Below are positions 36,322 through 46,900 of a stretch of 64,000 nt of DNA, piece after piece. Under the pieces are notes generated by a model. The model was not told where the DNA came from. It saw only the letters and a list, made by a program, of their open reading frames with translations, and did no database searches. Positions within the stretch are counted from its first letter, which is position 1; each line of letters begins with the position of its first letter. Source of the stretch: an uncultured bacterium (lineage in GTDB: Bacteria > Patescibacteriota > Minisyncoccia > Phycocordibacterales > PALSA-1337); the NCBI GenBank assembly GCA_903872035.1, contig CAIQIZ010000022.1, forward strand, positions 5,156 through 69,155, given 5' to 3'. Position numbers and translations under genes: made by a program.

Positions 36322-36585
36322 AATATTTCGACATACTCTGCTAGACTGATTTCGGACAAGCTGGGACGATGGACTAATTGGGACATTCAACCACCGTCAT
36401 ACGCCGAGTGGCAGATATGATAGCAAGCGTTCTTCTGAGGCGTGGTGCCTTCGCTTAGCAGTATTCTGACGGGTCGAGGTACATTGGGTGTATCTTTCCC
36501 AGCTGTCCGCTCTTTTCTTCTGGCGTGCCGCTTCCCGGCCGCCTTTTTTGTTGCGCCAGTCGCAATTTTCCGCTATCCTTACCCT

Positions 36586-37188
36586 ATGTTCAAAAAGAAA
36601 GATGACAACGACATAATTCCCGAAAAAGACGTAGACAGAGCAGTTGACTCAGATATGAATGAAATGCTGGATGATTCTGTTGTCGCCGAGGAACACGCTG
36701 GCGATACTATCAAGAAGTTACGTGAAAAATTGAAGGCCTGTGAAGCAGAGAAGCTGGAGTACCTTACTGGTTGGCAGAGAGCCAAGGCAGATCTCATCAA
36801 TGCAAGGAGGCGCGATGAAACTGATCGTAAAGAATTCACGAAATTCGCCAACGAGCAGTTGTTGTTCGAATTGATTCCGGTACTTGAGAATTGGGATATG
36901 GCCTTGAGTCACAAGGAGTCATGGGAAAAAGCTGACAAGAATTGGCGCATCGGGGTTGAATCGATTTTCAATCAGCTAAGAAAGGCGCTGACAGACAATG
37001 GTCTGGTAGAAATCGATCCATTAAATGAGACGTTTGATCACGCTAAACACGAAGCTATTGAATATGAGCACGTTGATGATGCCAAGAAGGATCACGTCAT
37101 TTTGAATGTCATACAAAAAGGGTATTCGTTCAATGGAAAGATTCTCAAACCAGCAAAGGTGAAAGTTGGGGAGTTCTCCGCGAAGTGA
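36586..37188 (+). CDS. grpE: Nucleotide exchange factor GrpE
   Basis: Start at MFKKKDD (in-frame ATG inside track ORF 36442..37188). Coiled-coil plus 'FANEQLLFELIPVLENWDMAL' and a C-terminal beta domain typical of GrpE. Confidence 0.85.
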   Translation: MFKKKDDNDIIPEKDVDRAVDSDMNEMLDDSVVAEEHAGDTIKKLREKLKACEAEKLEYLTGWQRAKADLINARRRDETDRKEFTKFANEQLLFELIPVLENWDMALSHKESWEKADKNWRIGVESIFNQLRKALTDNGLVEIDPLNETFDHAKHEAIEYEHVDDAKKDHVILNVIQKGYSFNGKILKPAKVKVGEFSAK

Positions 37189-37244
37189 AGCTAGGCGGCA
37201 AGTCTAGCACAATCTCGCGAGGTGAGACCTAGTGGAAATCATAA

Positions 37245-37279
37245 AGCCCCGCCAGCGAAGCTTTGAGCTTCGGGCGGGG
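37245..37279. terminator. Strong nested GC hairpin downstream of grpE (no clear U-tract)
   Basis: 'CCCCGCC-[AGCGAAGCT TTG AGCTTCG]-GGCGGGG', an outer 7-bp GC stem enclosing an inner 7-bp hairpin. Confidence 0.4.
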
Positions 37280-37283
37280 TGAG

Positions 37284-37499
37284 TCAATACTTGCTGGACA
37301 ATCCGATAATGAACGCGAATACGAGCAATATGGCCCCTGCGATTTCCAGAGCCATATCCCTGCGCCCAGGGTAGGCATATTTCGCAGGCTTTGGCTTACG
37401 GAATAGATATTTCAGAGGGCCGATCTCACCTCGAACTATCAGAGAGATTCCGCATACCACCATTGCACATAGTATGATCGTAACTTTATCAATTCTCAT
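37284..37499 (-). CDS. Small hypothetical membrane protein
   Basis: 71 aa with two hydrophobic helices. Confidence 0.3.
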   Translation of the reverse strand: MRIDKVTIILCAMVVCGISLIVRGEIGPLKYLFRKPKPAKYAYPGRRDMALEIAGAILLVFAFIIGLSSKY

Positions 37500-38173
37500 A
37501 GAACATAAATGTTTAACCTAATAGCTATACTATGAAATGCGTCAGTCGGGTGCCAAGTTGATTCGGCTTGCAACCGCGCAACTTTTCGTCTAAAATCATC
37601 GTATGAAGAGCATGTTAGCCATATATGAACAGCCCAAGAATCTAAGTATAGACACTTCTGCGCCGCGATTTGTATCGCAAGTGTTCAGCGATCGTAACGG
37701 CCGCCAATTCAGGTTAACTTTCTTGGTAACGGTGATCAACGGAGAGTTGAATGGCCGTTTGATTTCAGCTGATCCACTATCGTCATCAGTTGCGAGTATC
37801 AGCGGTGAAGTTTCTGATACTAATGGCATCTTTTGTTTACCTATAGATAGCTCCAAGAAAGCGCCCGCCACCGAATACATTTTTGATTTCGTTCCGGTCA
37901 TTTCCCCGTATTTCTCATTGGAATTTCTCATAAATAGCCAACCTACCAGGGCGCCTTCTAGGAAATAGACTGCAGAGGGCAGACCTCTGCGAATCGTGCC
38001 ACTACACTTAACTGTAGTGCCGCGATTTTAAGTGTTGGGGAGGGGAGACGTTCATTTCCTAAACATTTGAAAAGTGTCCGTTTTTCGGACAGTTTCGCAA
38101 AGTGAAGAAAAAGAGAATGTAACCCTTTCCGAGGGTAGACCTCGGAACAAAGTGGTTCATTAAAAGTCAGGCT

Positions 38174-38205
38174 AAAAAAATGTCGCCGGCATTGGTGCTG
38201 GCGAC
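38174..38205 (-). terminator. Rho-independent terminator for minus-strand gene 38225..38512
   Basis: On the minus strand: stem GTCGCCAGC / GCCGGCGAC (one mismatch), loop ACCAAT, then TTTTTTT. Confidence 0.55.
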
Positions 38206-38224
38206 GAGGTGAACAAGCTACAAC

Positions 38225-38512
38225 TTACACGATTCTAAGCGACTTCGAATAGGATACTTGGTAGCTCGTCTGATCCGAAACTTCCTGAATGTCAGGCCAT
38301 GGAATCCGACGAGGCATCCCTTCCATTATGAGAACGTCGGATTGTGTCTCGTGACAATCTCGTAATTCGCCTTCGACTCTGAGTTTAATGTTCTTCAAAA
38401 TGCCGACACCAAGTAACCGAGCTGCACCAGCGACATTTTCAGCATTTACCTTAGCAACGGCTAACAAGTCTCCATCAAAGTACACCGAGATACGTAAGAT
38501 TGTGAACATCAT
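38225..38512 (-). CDS. Hypothetical small protein (95 aa)
   Basis: ORF with its own downstream minus-strand terminator. No recognisable family. Confidence 0.4.
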   Translation of the reverse strand: MMFTILRISVYFDGDLLAVAKVNAENVAGAARLLGVGILKNIKLRVEGELRDCHETQSDVLIMEGMPRRIPWPDIQEVSDQTSYQVSYSKSLRIV

Positions 38513-38590
38513 AGTATGTATCTCCTTTCGGGAATTAGTTTAGCACATTATCAGTAATCAGTCAATCTTATTATTTAACATCGAAACACC

Positions 38591-40510
38591 ATGTCCAAAA
38601 TCATCGGAATCGACCTCGGAACGACTTTCTCGGCAGTAGCCGTCATGGAAGCCGGAACGCCGAGAGTCCTAGAAAACGCGGAGGGGGCACGCACAACGCC
38701 TTCGATTGTCGCCCAATCTAAAACAGGCGAAAGGCTCGTCGGATTGCTTGCAAAGAGGCAGGCTGTGACTAATCCCAAGAACACCATATTCCAAATTAAG
38801 CGCTTCATGGGCCATAACTTCGACGATCCAGGCGTACAGAACGATATCAAGAACGTCTCATTCGAAGTCAGAAAATCTTCGACCGGCGGCATTGAAGTTA
38901 ACTTATCCGGCAAATGGATGAGACCTGAAGAGGTCTCGGCTATGATCCTGCAGAAACTGAAGAATGACGCTGAAACGAGACTTGGTGAAAAGATTACCGA
39001 AGCGGTCATTACTGTTCCGGCTTACTTCAACGACTCCCAGAGAGCCGCTACTAGAGATGCTGGTAAGATCGCTGGCCTCGATGTAAAGAGGATCATCAAT
39101 GAACCGACAGCCGCGGCCTTGGCTTATGGCTTCAACAAGAAGAAGGACGAGAAGATCGCCGTATTCGACTTCGGTGGCGGAACATTCGATATATCAGTGC
39201 TAGATGTTGGCGGAGATACGATCGAAGTGAAGTCTACTGATGGCGACTCCCATCTCGGAGGTCGCGATATTGATGCCAAGATAGTGAATTGGCTTGCAGA
39301 TACGTTCAAGAAAGAGAACGGCATTGATCTAAAGACTGATGCATTGGCTTTACAGCGTCTCGATGAGGCGGCAGAAAAGGCCAAGATAGAGCTTTCAACA
39401 TCTATGCAGACGGATATAAATATCCCATTCATCACTTCAGGTTCAGATGGACCGAAGCATCTTATGGTCACATTCACTCGCGCAAAGCTAGAGGAAATGT
39501 GCGCTGAATTCATAGATAGAGCCATGATGATCACCAAGCGCGCTATAGATGCTTCGCCATTCAAGGTCGGCGAGATCAATGAAGTAGTCCTAGTTGGCGG
39601 TCAGACACGTATGCCGGCCATGCAAAGCGCGGTCAAGAAGTTCTTCGGTAGGGATCCTCACATGGGAGTCAATCCTGACGAAGTGGTTGCGGTGGGCGCC
39701 GCTATTCAAGGCGGAATATTAGGCGGTGAAGTTCGAGACGTATTGCTTCTCGATGTCATTCCGCTTTCACTCGGTATCGAAACATTGGGCGGTGTTGCGA
39801 CGAAACTGATAGACAAGAATACGACCGTTCCTACCCAACGTTCTCAAGTGTTCTCAACGGCGGCTGACAATCAGACATCCGTGGAAATCCACATCACTCA
39901 AGGCGAGCGAGCTATGTCATCTGACAACAAGTCCCTAGGCCGCTTCATTCTCGACGGTATTCCACCGGCTCCTCGCGGTATGCCGCAGGTCGAAGTCACA
40001 TTCGATGTCGATGCTAACGGCATATTGAATGTCACAGCAAAGGATAAGGCTTCCGGCAAGGCTAACTCCATAAAGATCACTGCTTCTTCGGGTCTATCCA
40101 AAGAAGAAGTTGAGAAGATGAAGCAGGAAGCGGCCAAGCATGAAGCTGAAGATAAGACCAAGCATGAGGCTGTAGAAGCTAAGAATATTTCTGAACAATT
40201 GATCTACACCGCTGAAAAGGCTTTGAAAGATGCCGGAGACAAAGTTCCTGCCGATATCAGGAAGGGTATTGAAGACAAGATAGCCGACTTGAAGACGGCC
40301 AAGAATGGGAGCGACCTTACGCTCATAAAGAAAGTAACGGAGGCTTTGTCGACCGAAATTCAGAAGATTGGGCAGTACATGAATAAGGAGCAAGGAGGAG
40401 GGAGTAAGGAGCAGGGAGGCTCGAATTCTGGAGGTCAAAACGGGGACAAAGGCGCCGGTGGAGACTCAGGTGGAAATGTGAAGGATGCGGAGTTTAAGGA
40501 AAAAAAGTAG
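38591..40510 (+). CDS. dnaK: Molecular chaperone DnaK (Hsp70)
   Basis: '[14 protein letters not shown]', 'DLGGGTFD', '[11 protein letters not shown]' Hsp70 signatures and a Gly-rich C-terminus. Confidence 0.95.
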   Translation: MSKIIGIDLGTTFSAVAVMEAGTPRVLENAEGARTTPSIVAQSKTGERLVGLLAKRQAVTNPKNTIFQIKRFMGHNFDDPGVQNDIKNVSFEVRKSSTGGIEVNLSGKWMRPEEVSAMILQKLKNDAETRLGEKITEAVITVPAYFNDSQRAATRDAGKIAGLDVKRIINEPTAAALAYGFNKKKDEKIAVFDFGGGTFDISVLDVGGDTIEVKSTDGDSHLGGRDIDAKIVNWLADTFKKENGIDLKTDALALQRLDEAAEKAKIELSTSMQTDINIPFITSGSDGPKHLMVTFTRAKLEEMCAEFIDRAMMITKRAIDASPFKVGEINEVVLVGGQTRMPAMQSAVKKFFGRDPHMGVNPDEVVAVGAAIQGGILGGEVRDVLLLDVIPLSLGIETLGGVATKLIDKNTTVPTQRSQVFSTAADNQTSVEIHITQGERAMSSDNKSLGRFILDGIPPAPRGMPQVEVTFDVDANGILNVTAKDKASGKANSIKITASSGLSKEEVEKMKQEAAKHEAEDKTKHEAVEAKNISEQLIYTAEKALKDAGDKVPADIRKGIEDKIADLKTAKNGSDLTLIKKVTEALSTEIQKIGQYMNKEQGGGSKEQGGSNSGGQNGDKGAGGDSGGNVKDAEFKEKK

Positions 40511-40614
40511 CTACTACACTCAACTGTAGTGCTTGAAAATTAAAAGGCCGGCCACGCCCGCGAAGGGTGGTCGGCTTGGGGGGTACTGTGATTACTAGAT
40601 CTAATTATAAAACC

Positions 40615-40905
40615 ATGAACCCAAACCAAATAAATCTGGCCACCATGGCCAAACACTTCTGCCAAGGAGTGGTGATCGCCAATACCAATGACGCCTTCTA
40701 TGCCGTCATGGATACTGGCGATACGAAGATCGCATACGTATTCACGCCAGAGCATATGAAGCAGCTCTATCAATCGATTGGTTATAATCTGGCAGAATTT
40801 GAAAAGAAGTCGCGAAAGATAGAAGCGAATTGGTCACCAGGAATACAGAGTCCGATTCAGCAGCCGGACCTAAAAGATCCGGATGATAAAGGAAAGAAGA
40901 AATAA
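40615..40905 (+). CDS. Hypothetical small protein, DUF3467-like
   Basis: 'FYAVMDTGDTKIAYVFTPEHMKQLYQSIGYNLAEFEKKSRKI' resembles the DUF3467 pattern. Located between dnaK and dnaJ. Confidence 0.4.
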   Translation: MNPNQINLATMAKHFCQGVVIANTNDAFYAVMDTGDTKIAYVFTPEHMKQLYQSIGYNLAEFEKKSRKIEANWSPGIQSPIQQPDLKDPDDKGKKK

Positions 40906-40910
40906 ATCAC

Positions 40911-42014
40911 ATGAAAGACTATTACAAAATACTTGGGATAGAAAAGACCGCCTCCAAAGACGAGATCAAGAAGGCTTTCCACAAGCAGGCGCATCAAAAC
41001 CACCCCGATAAGACCAAAAATGACCCCGCCGCAGCTCAGAAGTTCAAAGAAGCTAGCGAGGCCTATTCGGTGCTATCTGATGAGCAGAAACGCAAGCAAT
41101 ACGATATGTTCGGTTCAGGTGGACCTGGCGGAGGTGGCTTTAACGGCGGAGGCCAAGGCGGATTCAATCCGCAGGACTTCGGGGGATTCGACTTTTCCGG
41201 ATTCCAGCAAGGAAATGGGGGTGTCGAATTCGACTTAGGCGACATATTCGGAGATTTCTTTGGCGGAGGCCGTTCCAGACAGGCTAGACAAAACCGCGGC
41301 CATGACATTTCTATCGATATTCAAATCACCTTTGCTGAATCGGTCTTTGGAGTCGAACGCGACATTATTCTGACAAAGAATTCCAAGTGTTCGACCTGTG
41401 ACGGTACTGGCGGTGCTCCGGGTTCCAGTATGGATAATTGCAAGACATGTAATGGCAAAGGAAAGATAAATGAAACACGACGTTCATTCATAGGTGTCTT
41501 TAACACGACTCGGGTCTGTGAAGCGTGTCACGGGCGCGGTCAAGTCCCGAAGAATCCTTGTCCGACCTGTCACGGTTTAGGCGTTTCCGAGCGCCAGCAA
41601 GAGATCACGGCCAAGATTCCCGGTGGGATCGATGATGGTGAGATGATCAGACTGAGCGCCATGGGTGAAGCGGTTCCGGGAGGCGTTTCTGGTGATCTAT
41701 ACATCAAGATACATGTCCAGTCTGATCCGCATTTCAAAAAGGAAGGCCAGAATATTGTAACCAATCTTACGATCAAGCTGACGACCGCTCTTATTGGAGG
41801 TGAAATTCCTCTAAAAACTCTCGACGGTGATTTGTCTTTAGTGATTCCTGAGGGAACAAATACGGGGGATGTTCTGCGTGTCAAAGGCAAAGGCGTAGTA
41901 AGCGAACGTGGTAGACGTGGCGACTTTCTGATCAAGATCACCGTCGACATGTCAAAAAAACTTAGCAGAGATGCAAAGAAGCTAATCGATGGCCTGAAGG
42001 CCGAGGGGATATAA
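40911..42014 (+). CDS. dnaJ: Chaperone DnaJ
   Basis: J-domain 'DYYKILGIEKTASKDEIKKAFHKQAHQNHPDK', G/F-rich region, four CxxCxGxG zinc-finger repeats, and a C-terminal dimerisation domain. Confidence 0.9.
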   Translation: MKDYYKILGIEKTASKDEIKKAFHKQAHQNHPDKTKNDPAAAQKFKEASEAYSVLSDEQKRKQYDMFGSGGPGGGGFNGGGQGGFNPQDFGGFDFSGFQQGNGGVEFDLGDIFGDFFGGGRSRQARQNRGHDISIDIQITFAESVFGVERDIILTKNSKCSTCDGTGGAPGSSMDNCKTCNGKGKINETRRSFIGVFNTTRVCEACHGRGQVPKNPCPTCHGLGVSERQQEITAKIPGGIDDGEMIRLSAMGEAVPGGVSGDLYIKIHVQSDPHFKKEGQNIVTNLTIKLTTALIGGEIPLKTLDGDLSLVIPEGTNTGDVLRVKGKGVVSERGRRGDFLIKITVDMSKKLSRDAKKLIDGLKAEGI

Positions 42015-42015
42015 G

Positions 42016-42050
42016 TAACAAAAAAGGGTGCGATAGTGCACCCGTGGTTA
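42016..42050. terminator. Bidirectional terminator (dnaJ on +; small ORF 42082..42324 on -)
   Basis: 'AAAAAA-GGGTGC-GATAGT-GCACCC'. On the minus strand the stem is followed by TTTTTT. Confidence 0.5.
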
Positions 42051-42081
42051 CGTGGAAGTCTGATCGCAAAGAGTTATCACT

Positions 42082-42324
42082 TCAGCTAAAGTTGAGGCCG
42101 ACGAGAGCAAGCTGCCTATCGGGCTGGATTTTCTGGGAGATACGATACTCCTCCAAAACCCCCTTGTTCACTGAATCTATCTCGAGTTGCAGGTCCATCG
42201 AGCACCGGTTATCGGCAACATACGGAGCACCGAATGACCATTTAGTGTCCGCTTCCTGTGCGACGACCTCCAGTCCAAAATTCCGGAGTTTTTGCAAAAC
42301 CGCCAGCTGTTGTTGTGTTCTCAT
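42082..42324 (-). CDS. Hypothetical small protein (80 aa)
   Basis: Supported mainly by the strong minus-strand terminator immediately downstream of its stop. Confidence 0.3.
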   Translation of the reverse strand: MRTQQQLAVLQKLRNFGLEVVAQEADTKWSFGAPYVADNRCSMDLQLEIDSVNKGVLEEYRISQKIQPDRQLALVGLNFS

Positions 42325-42389
42325 GATTCAATAAATGCTAACCATCTGGTTCGATATTACTATAATTTACCCTTAATTACGAGCTGTAT

Positions 42390-43991
42390 TTGCAACCATT
42401 CAGCTCTTCCTGTAGTATCAAAAATATGTCCATATTTTCATCTTTGCGCAAACATGCAGTAATTTCAACGGTCGTCGTATTGGCGGCTATTATTATAGCT
42501 ATTATCGCTGGCCGAGCAGCAACGAAAAAGGCTCCGGCTGCCAATAATGACGATGTTAAACAAGTAGAGCTGATTAATGCTACGACATTCAGACAGGGAA
42601 GTCTCGCTGTGTCAGCTAACGGCATAGTCGAGTCTCATTCTCAAGTCGATCTGAAAAGCCAGACATCGGCACCTATTTCAACGATAGATGTATCCATTGG
42701 TCAGACGGTTAACCCGGGTGAAGTCATCATGGAGCTACAAAATAGCGACATACGCGCACAGTTGGCACAGGCAGAAGCCTCACTGGCAGCAGTGCAAGGT
42801 CAATATCAGACGGGTGCATTTTCCGTGGATTCTGCCAAGCAAGGTGCTATAGATAAGCTCCGTGATGCCTACAACAAGACATATAACGCGGTTGTCACAA
42901 AGGCAGAGGTCGTCCTCTATAACAACGATGGAAATGGCGGAAGGTTGACTACATTCTCGCCCGATACGGCGCTTAATTCTGAGATGACCGCGACGGATAT
43001 CGATTTAAAGACGGGTTTACGTCAATGGAAATCAGCGAACGACGCATTGGATGCTGGCACGAGCACTGACGCGATCGAAACGGTTATAGGGATCGCGGAT
43101 ATGAATATGACACGAGCGGATACTTTATTGAATGATATGTCGAAGATTCTTAATAATCTGGCTGGATTCGCAACCCCCTCGTTCTCTGTCTCATTAAGCA
43201 ATTGGAATCAGATCGTATCTGGCGCTCACGATTCGGTCTCTGGTGCGGAACAAGCTTTGACAGCCGCAGAAATGGCTTTAAGTACCTCGAATTCATCGCA
43301 AAGTACAACAGCAAACGCTCAAGTTACAGCCGCTCAAGCCGGTGTGAATAATTTGCAAGCTCAGCTTGCTAAAACGATCATCAGATCACCGATCAGCGGC
43401 AGAGTCTCAGTATTGCCATTACGCGAAGGTGAATTAGCATCTCCTGGAACATTACTGGCGACGGTTATCGGCAATGACAGCGGATTGCGAGTGAAAGCCT
43501 ATGTAAGCGGAGATGACCTGTCACGAGTCACGCTAGGCTCGTCGGCCACGATTCAAAATCCTACGATGCCGACGAACGCTTCCAGCACCTCGAACGCTAT
43601 CAAAGGTGTGGTCTCAAATATTGCTCCCGGTGTCGATCCGACCACAAAGAAGGCTGAGGTTGATTTGGATGTCAGCAACTCCGATAAATCCGGCCTGGTG
43701 ATCGGAGATAATGTCACCGTGGCGATTTCCGTGCCAAGCGCTCCGCTTGCATCCGGCTCAAATCGCAACCAGCCGACCATATACCGTCTTCCGATCCAAG
43801 ATGTGAAGATCGTACCGGGAGCTGCTTACGTTTTTACGGTCGGAGCTGATTCGAAGATCGTAAGGAACGATGTCGTCATCGGCTCGATCCAAGGTGACTT
43901 TATTGAAGTCACAAGCGGTCTTTCCGATACTATGGATATAGTTTCACCGGTGTATGAGCTAGATCCTGGTCAACAAGTTAAAGTTCAGTGA
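42390..43991 (+). CDS. Efflux transporter periplasmic adaptor (membrane fusion protein, HlyD/RND-MFP family), long form
   Basis: N-terminal TM anchor. Lipoyl-like hairpin 'SHSQVDLKSQTSAPISTIDVSIGQTVNPGEVIMELQ' with coiled-coil. Beta-barrel 'IIRSPISGRVSVLPLREGELASPGTLLATV'. Confidence 0.75.
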   Translation: MQPFSSSCSIKNMSIFSSLRKHAVISTVVVLAAIIIAIIAGRAATKKAPAANNDDVKQVELINATTFRQGSLAVSANGIVESHSQVDLKSQTSAPISTIDVSIGQTVNPGEVIMELQNSDIRAQLAQAEASLAAVQGQYQTGAFSVDSAKQGAIDKLRDAYNKTYNAVVTKAEVVLYNNDGNGGRLTTFSPDTALNSEMTATDIDLKTGLRQWKSANDALDAGTSTDAIETVIGIADMNMTRADTLLNDMSKILNNLAGFATPSFSVSLSNWNQIVSGAHDSVSGAEQALTAAEMALSTSNSSQSTTANAQVTAAQAGVNNLQAQLAKTIIRSPISGRVSVLPLREGELASPGTLLATVIGNDSGLRVKAYVSGDDLSRVTLGSSATIQNPTMPTNASSTSNAIKGVVSNIAPGVDPTTKKAEVDLDVSNSDKSGLVIGDNVTVAISVPSAPLASGSNRNQPTIYRLPIQDVKIVPGAAYVFTVGADSKIVRNDVVIGSIQGDFIEVTSGLSDTMDIVSPVYELDPGQQVKVQ

Positions 43992-46900
43992 GCGCAAAAA
44001 ATATGAATAACAAAGAACATTCATCAGACAGCCAATACCTTGAGCGCCTGCAGTTTCGGCCGGAACTGAGAAAGACCTGGTTGAACTTTTTCGTAACTAA
44101 TTTTCGAGTGGTCATCCTCATGATTCTGATTATCACGGCTTGGGGATTGTATTCATTTTTTAGTCTGCCACGCGAATCAAATCCGGAAGTAAAAATACCC
44201 ATCGCCATCGTCACTACAGTCTATCCGGGAGCATCACCCAGCGACGTCGAGCAGTTCGTCACAAAGAAGATCGAAACCCAGCTATCTGGCCTTAAAGGCT
44301 TGAACAAGCTTACTTCCAATTCTTACAATTCGCTTTCGGCAATCACGGTAGAATTCAATGCCAGTGCTGACATTCAGAGCTCCATTCAATTGCTCCGCAA
44401 TGCCGTCGACACGGCCAAGCCGAATATCTCTACCGACGCCAAAGACCCGGTTGTAACGGAAGTATCTCTAGACGATATGCCGGTTTGGTCGATCTCTTTG
44501 ACTGGACCATATGATGCCTTTACCATGCGCAAGAATGCTGAGGACATGCAAACCGAGCTACAAAAGATACCTGGTGTCCGCCAAGTAGACATTTCCGGAG
44601 GCGATGAGAAGGAGTTCGAGGTCGCTTACAAGCCCGATCGGTTGCTCTTTTATGGCATTGATTCTGGTACGGCCAACAGTGCCATCACCGCTGCCAACGT
44701 AGCCATACCCGCCGGTAATTTCGAAACTGGGACCTTCGTAGTACCGATCCGTTCAGATGAAGCGTTGGACACCGTGTCGGAGATCGAGAACGTGCCGGTC
44801 TCACATACTGTTGGCGGCAGCCTGGTTCTCATCAAAGATATTGCTGTGGTCAGCGAGAAGGCCGTCAAAAAGACAACATATTCTAGACTTTCCATAGCCG
44901 GTTCAGTACCGAAGAATGCTGTCACGCTGTCCCTGATCAAGCGCCAAGGATCTTCGGTTCTTGACACTACAGATCAAGCCAAAGCGACCGTTGATACTAT
45001 GGTCAAAGCGCTATCTCCAGGAATCACTTACAGCATCGTCGGTGAGGATCTAGCAAAAGTCGTTCGGCACGATTTCACTCAACTGACTGACGATTTTCTC
45101 CTTACATTGCTGTTAGTCTTCGGAATTCTGTTCGCAATTGTGGGATTGAAGGAAGCCTTCGTAGCGGGCATAGCCATACCGCTGGTCTTCTTCGTAAGCT
45201 TCGGTTGCCTTTTATTGCTAGGCATCTCCCTCAACTTCCTGTCTCTCTTTTCATTGATTCTAGCGCTTGGACTACTCGTCGACGACGCTATCGTCGTCGT
45301 CTCTGCCACAAAGCAGTACCTGAATACAGGGAAGTTCACGCCTGAAGAAGCGGTGCTTTTGGTCTTGAATGATTTTAAATGGGTATTGACTACTACGACT
45401 CTTGCGACCGTCTGGGCCTTTTTGCCGCTACTATTCGCTACTGGGATCATCGGCCAATACTTGAAATCGATCCCGATCACAGTCTCAATAACCTTGGTAT
45501 CTTCCTTGCTCATCGCCCTTATGATCAACCATCCGTTGGCAGCAGTCTTAGAAAGAATTCGGCTGACTCGAAGATTCTTCTTCATTATCGAGGGGCTCTT
45601 GATAGCTATTGCGGCTTTGCTATTTTACAGCGGCGGACTGACCGCTATTATTTTTGGTATTGTTCTAATTGGAATCGAGGCATATCTCATCCTGTGGTAT
45701 GAGAAGGGTGGAAAGCAGGCTTTACAAGAAAACGTCGTCAAAATGGAAAACGAATGGGAGAGCGACGATCTCATTAAGACAAAGCTCCGTCAGCAAGGCG
45801 ATCGAGAAGGACATGAAAATTTTCGACAGCGGCTCATTCACGGAATAGTGAACTTCCACAGCTTTTTACCGATATATGAACGATCATTTAGACATTACAT
45901 CCTAGACAAGAAACGGCGCCGCTGGGTTTTGGGTAGTGTCATTGCTTTATTCATCGTCTCTGTTGCCCTCATACCTCTCGGTTTCGTTCAAAGCGTATTC
46001 TTCCCCGTACAAGACAGCGACTATGTCTATATCGACATGCGCGCACCGGTCGGAACAAATCTTACAGAGACAAGCCGTCGAGTGCAATCTGTTGAGACCA
46101 AACTTCTCGGATACAAAGACATCAATAATTTTTCGACAATAATCGGCCAGGCCAGCCCAAATTCAGGCTCATTCGGTTCTGGTGCTGGTTCTGCTTCAAA
46201 CCTCGCGTCCATCTCGATCATATTGAATGATGCTGGAGTCCGTAAGTTGAAATCGTACGATTTTGCCGACAAGCTCCGTGCCGATCTGGCCCGGTCAAAC
46301 GGCTTAGAAGTTAACGTCTCGACTTTGGCGGGTGGTCCACCATCAGGTTCGGCCTTCGAAGCTCATATTGCTGGCGATGACCTGGATAAGCTTTCATCCA
46401 TCGTCAACGACTTGAAGCCGATGCTCTCTTCTATTCCAGGAACCGTCAGTGTAAACGTATCCCAGAAGGAATCGGTACCAGAATATACATTCGAGCTCGA
46501 TCCGGCGGCAATGGAACAAAACAACCTGAATGCGGCTGTCGTCGGAATGGCATTGCGAACAGCTATTTCCGGCGTAGATGTTGTGAAGATCGTCGAAGGC
46601 GACAAGGAAATTCAGTTAGTCGCCACTTTCGATCAACATTCGCTGCCAGATTTAGCAGCTGTCCAAAATCTACAGATCTTAAATACTCACGGTCAGCCGG
46701 TATATCTGAAAGACGTTGCCAATATCCAATTGAAACCAGCCGTCGATGTCATTACCAGAATTGATCAGAAACGTACGATCATATTGTCAGCCGGCACTGA
46801 TTCGAGCACCAATGGCCAATCAGTATTGGCTGCCTTCCAAAAGAAACTGGTGAGCTACAACATGCCAGCTGGATACTCGATCACTTATGGTGGTGAGAAT

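Noticed and set aside
36322-36585. Possible CIRCE/HrcA operator or extended grpE N-terminus (ORF 36442..)
   Set aside because: Only a half-site-like TTAGCAGT was found, with no inverted partner. The in-frame upstream extension has no RBS and is compositionally non-coding. grpE most likely starts at MFKKKDD (36586).
37596-37968. Overlapping 111-aa (-) and 121-aa (+) ORFs between grpE and dnaK
   Set aside because: Mutually exclusive. Neither has a convincing RBS or motif, so the region may instead be non-coding or structured RNA.
42044-42334. 96-aa + strand ORF overlapping the 80-aa minus-strand ORF after dnaJ
   Set aside because: The + strand frame has no RBS and runs through the dnaJ terminator. 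The minus-strand ORF is the better (still weak) candidate because of its downstream terminator.
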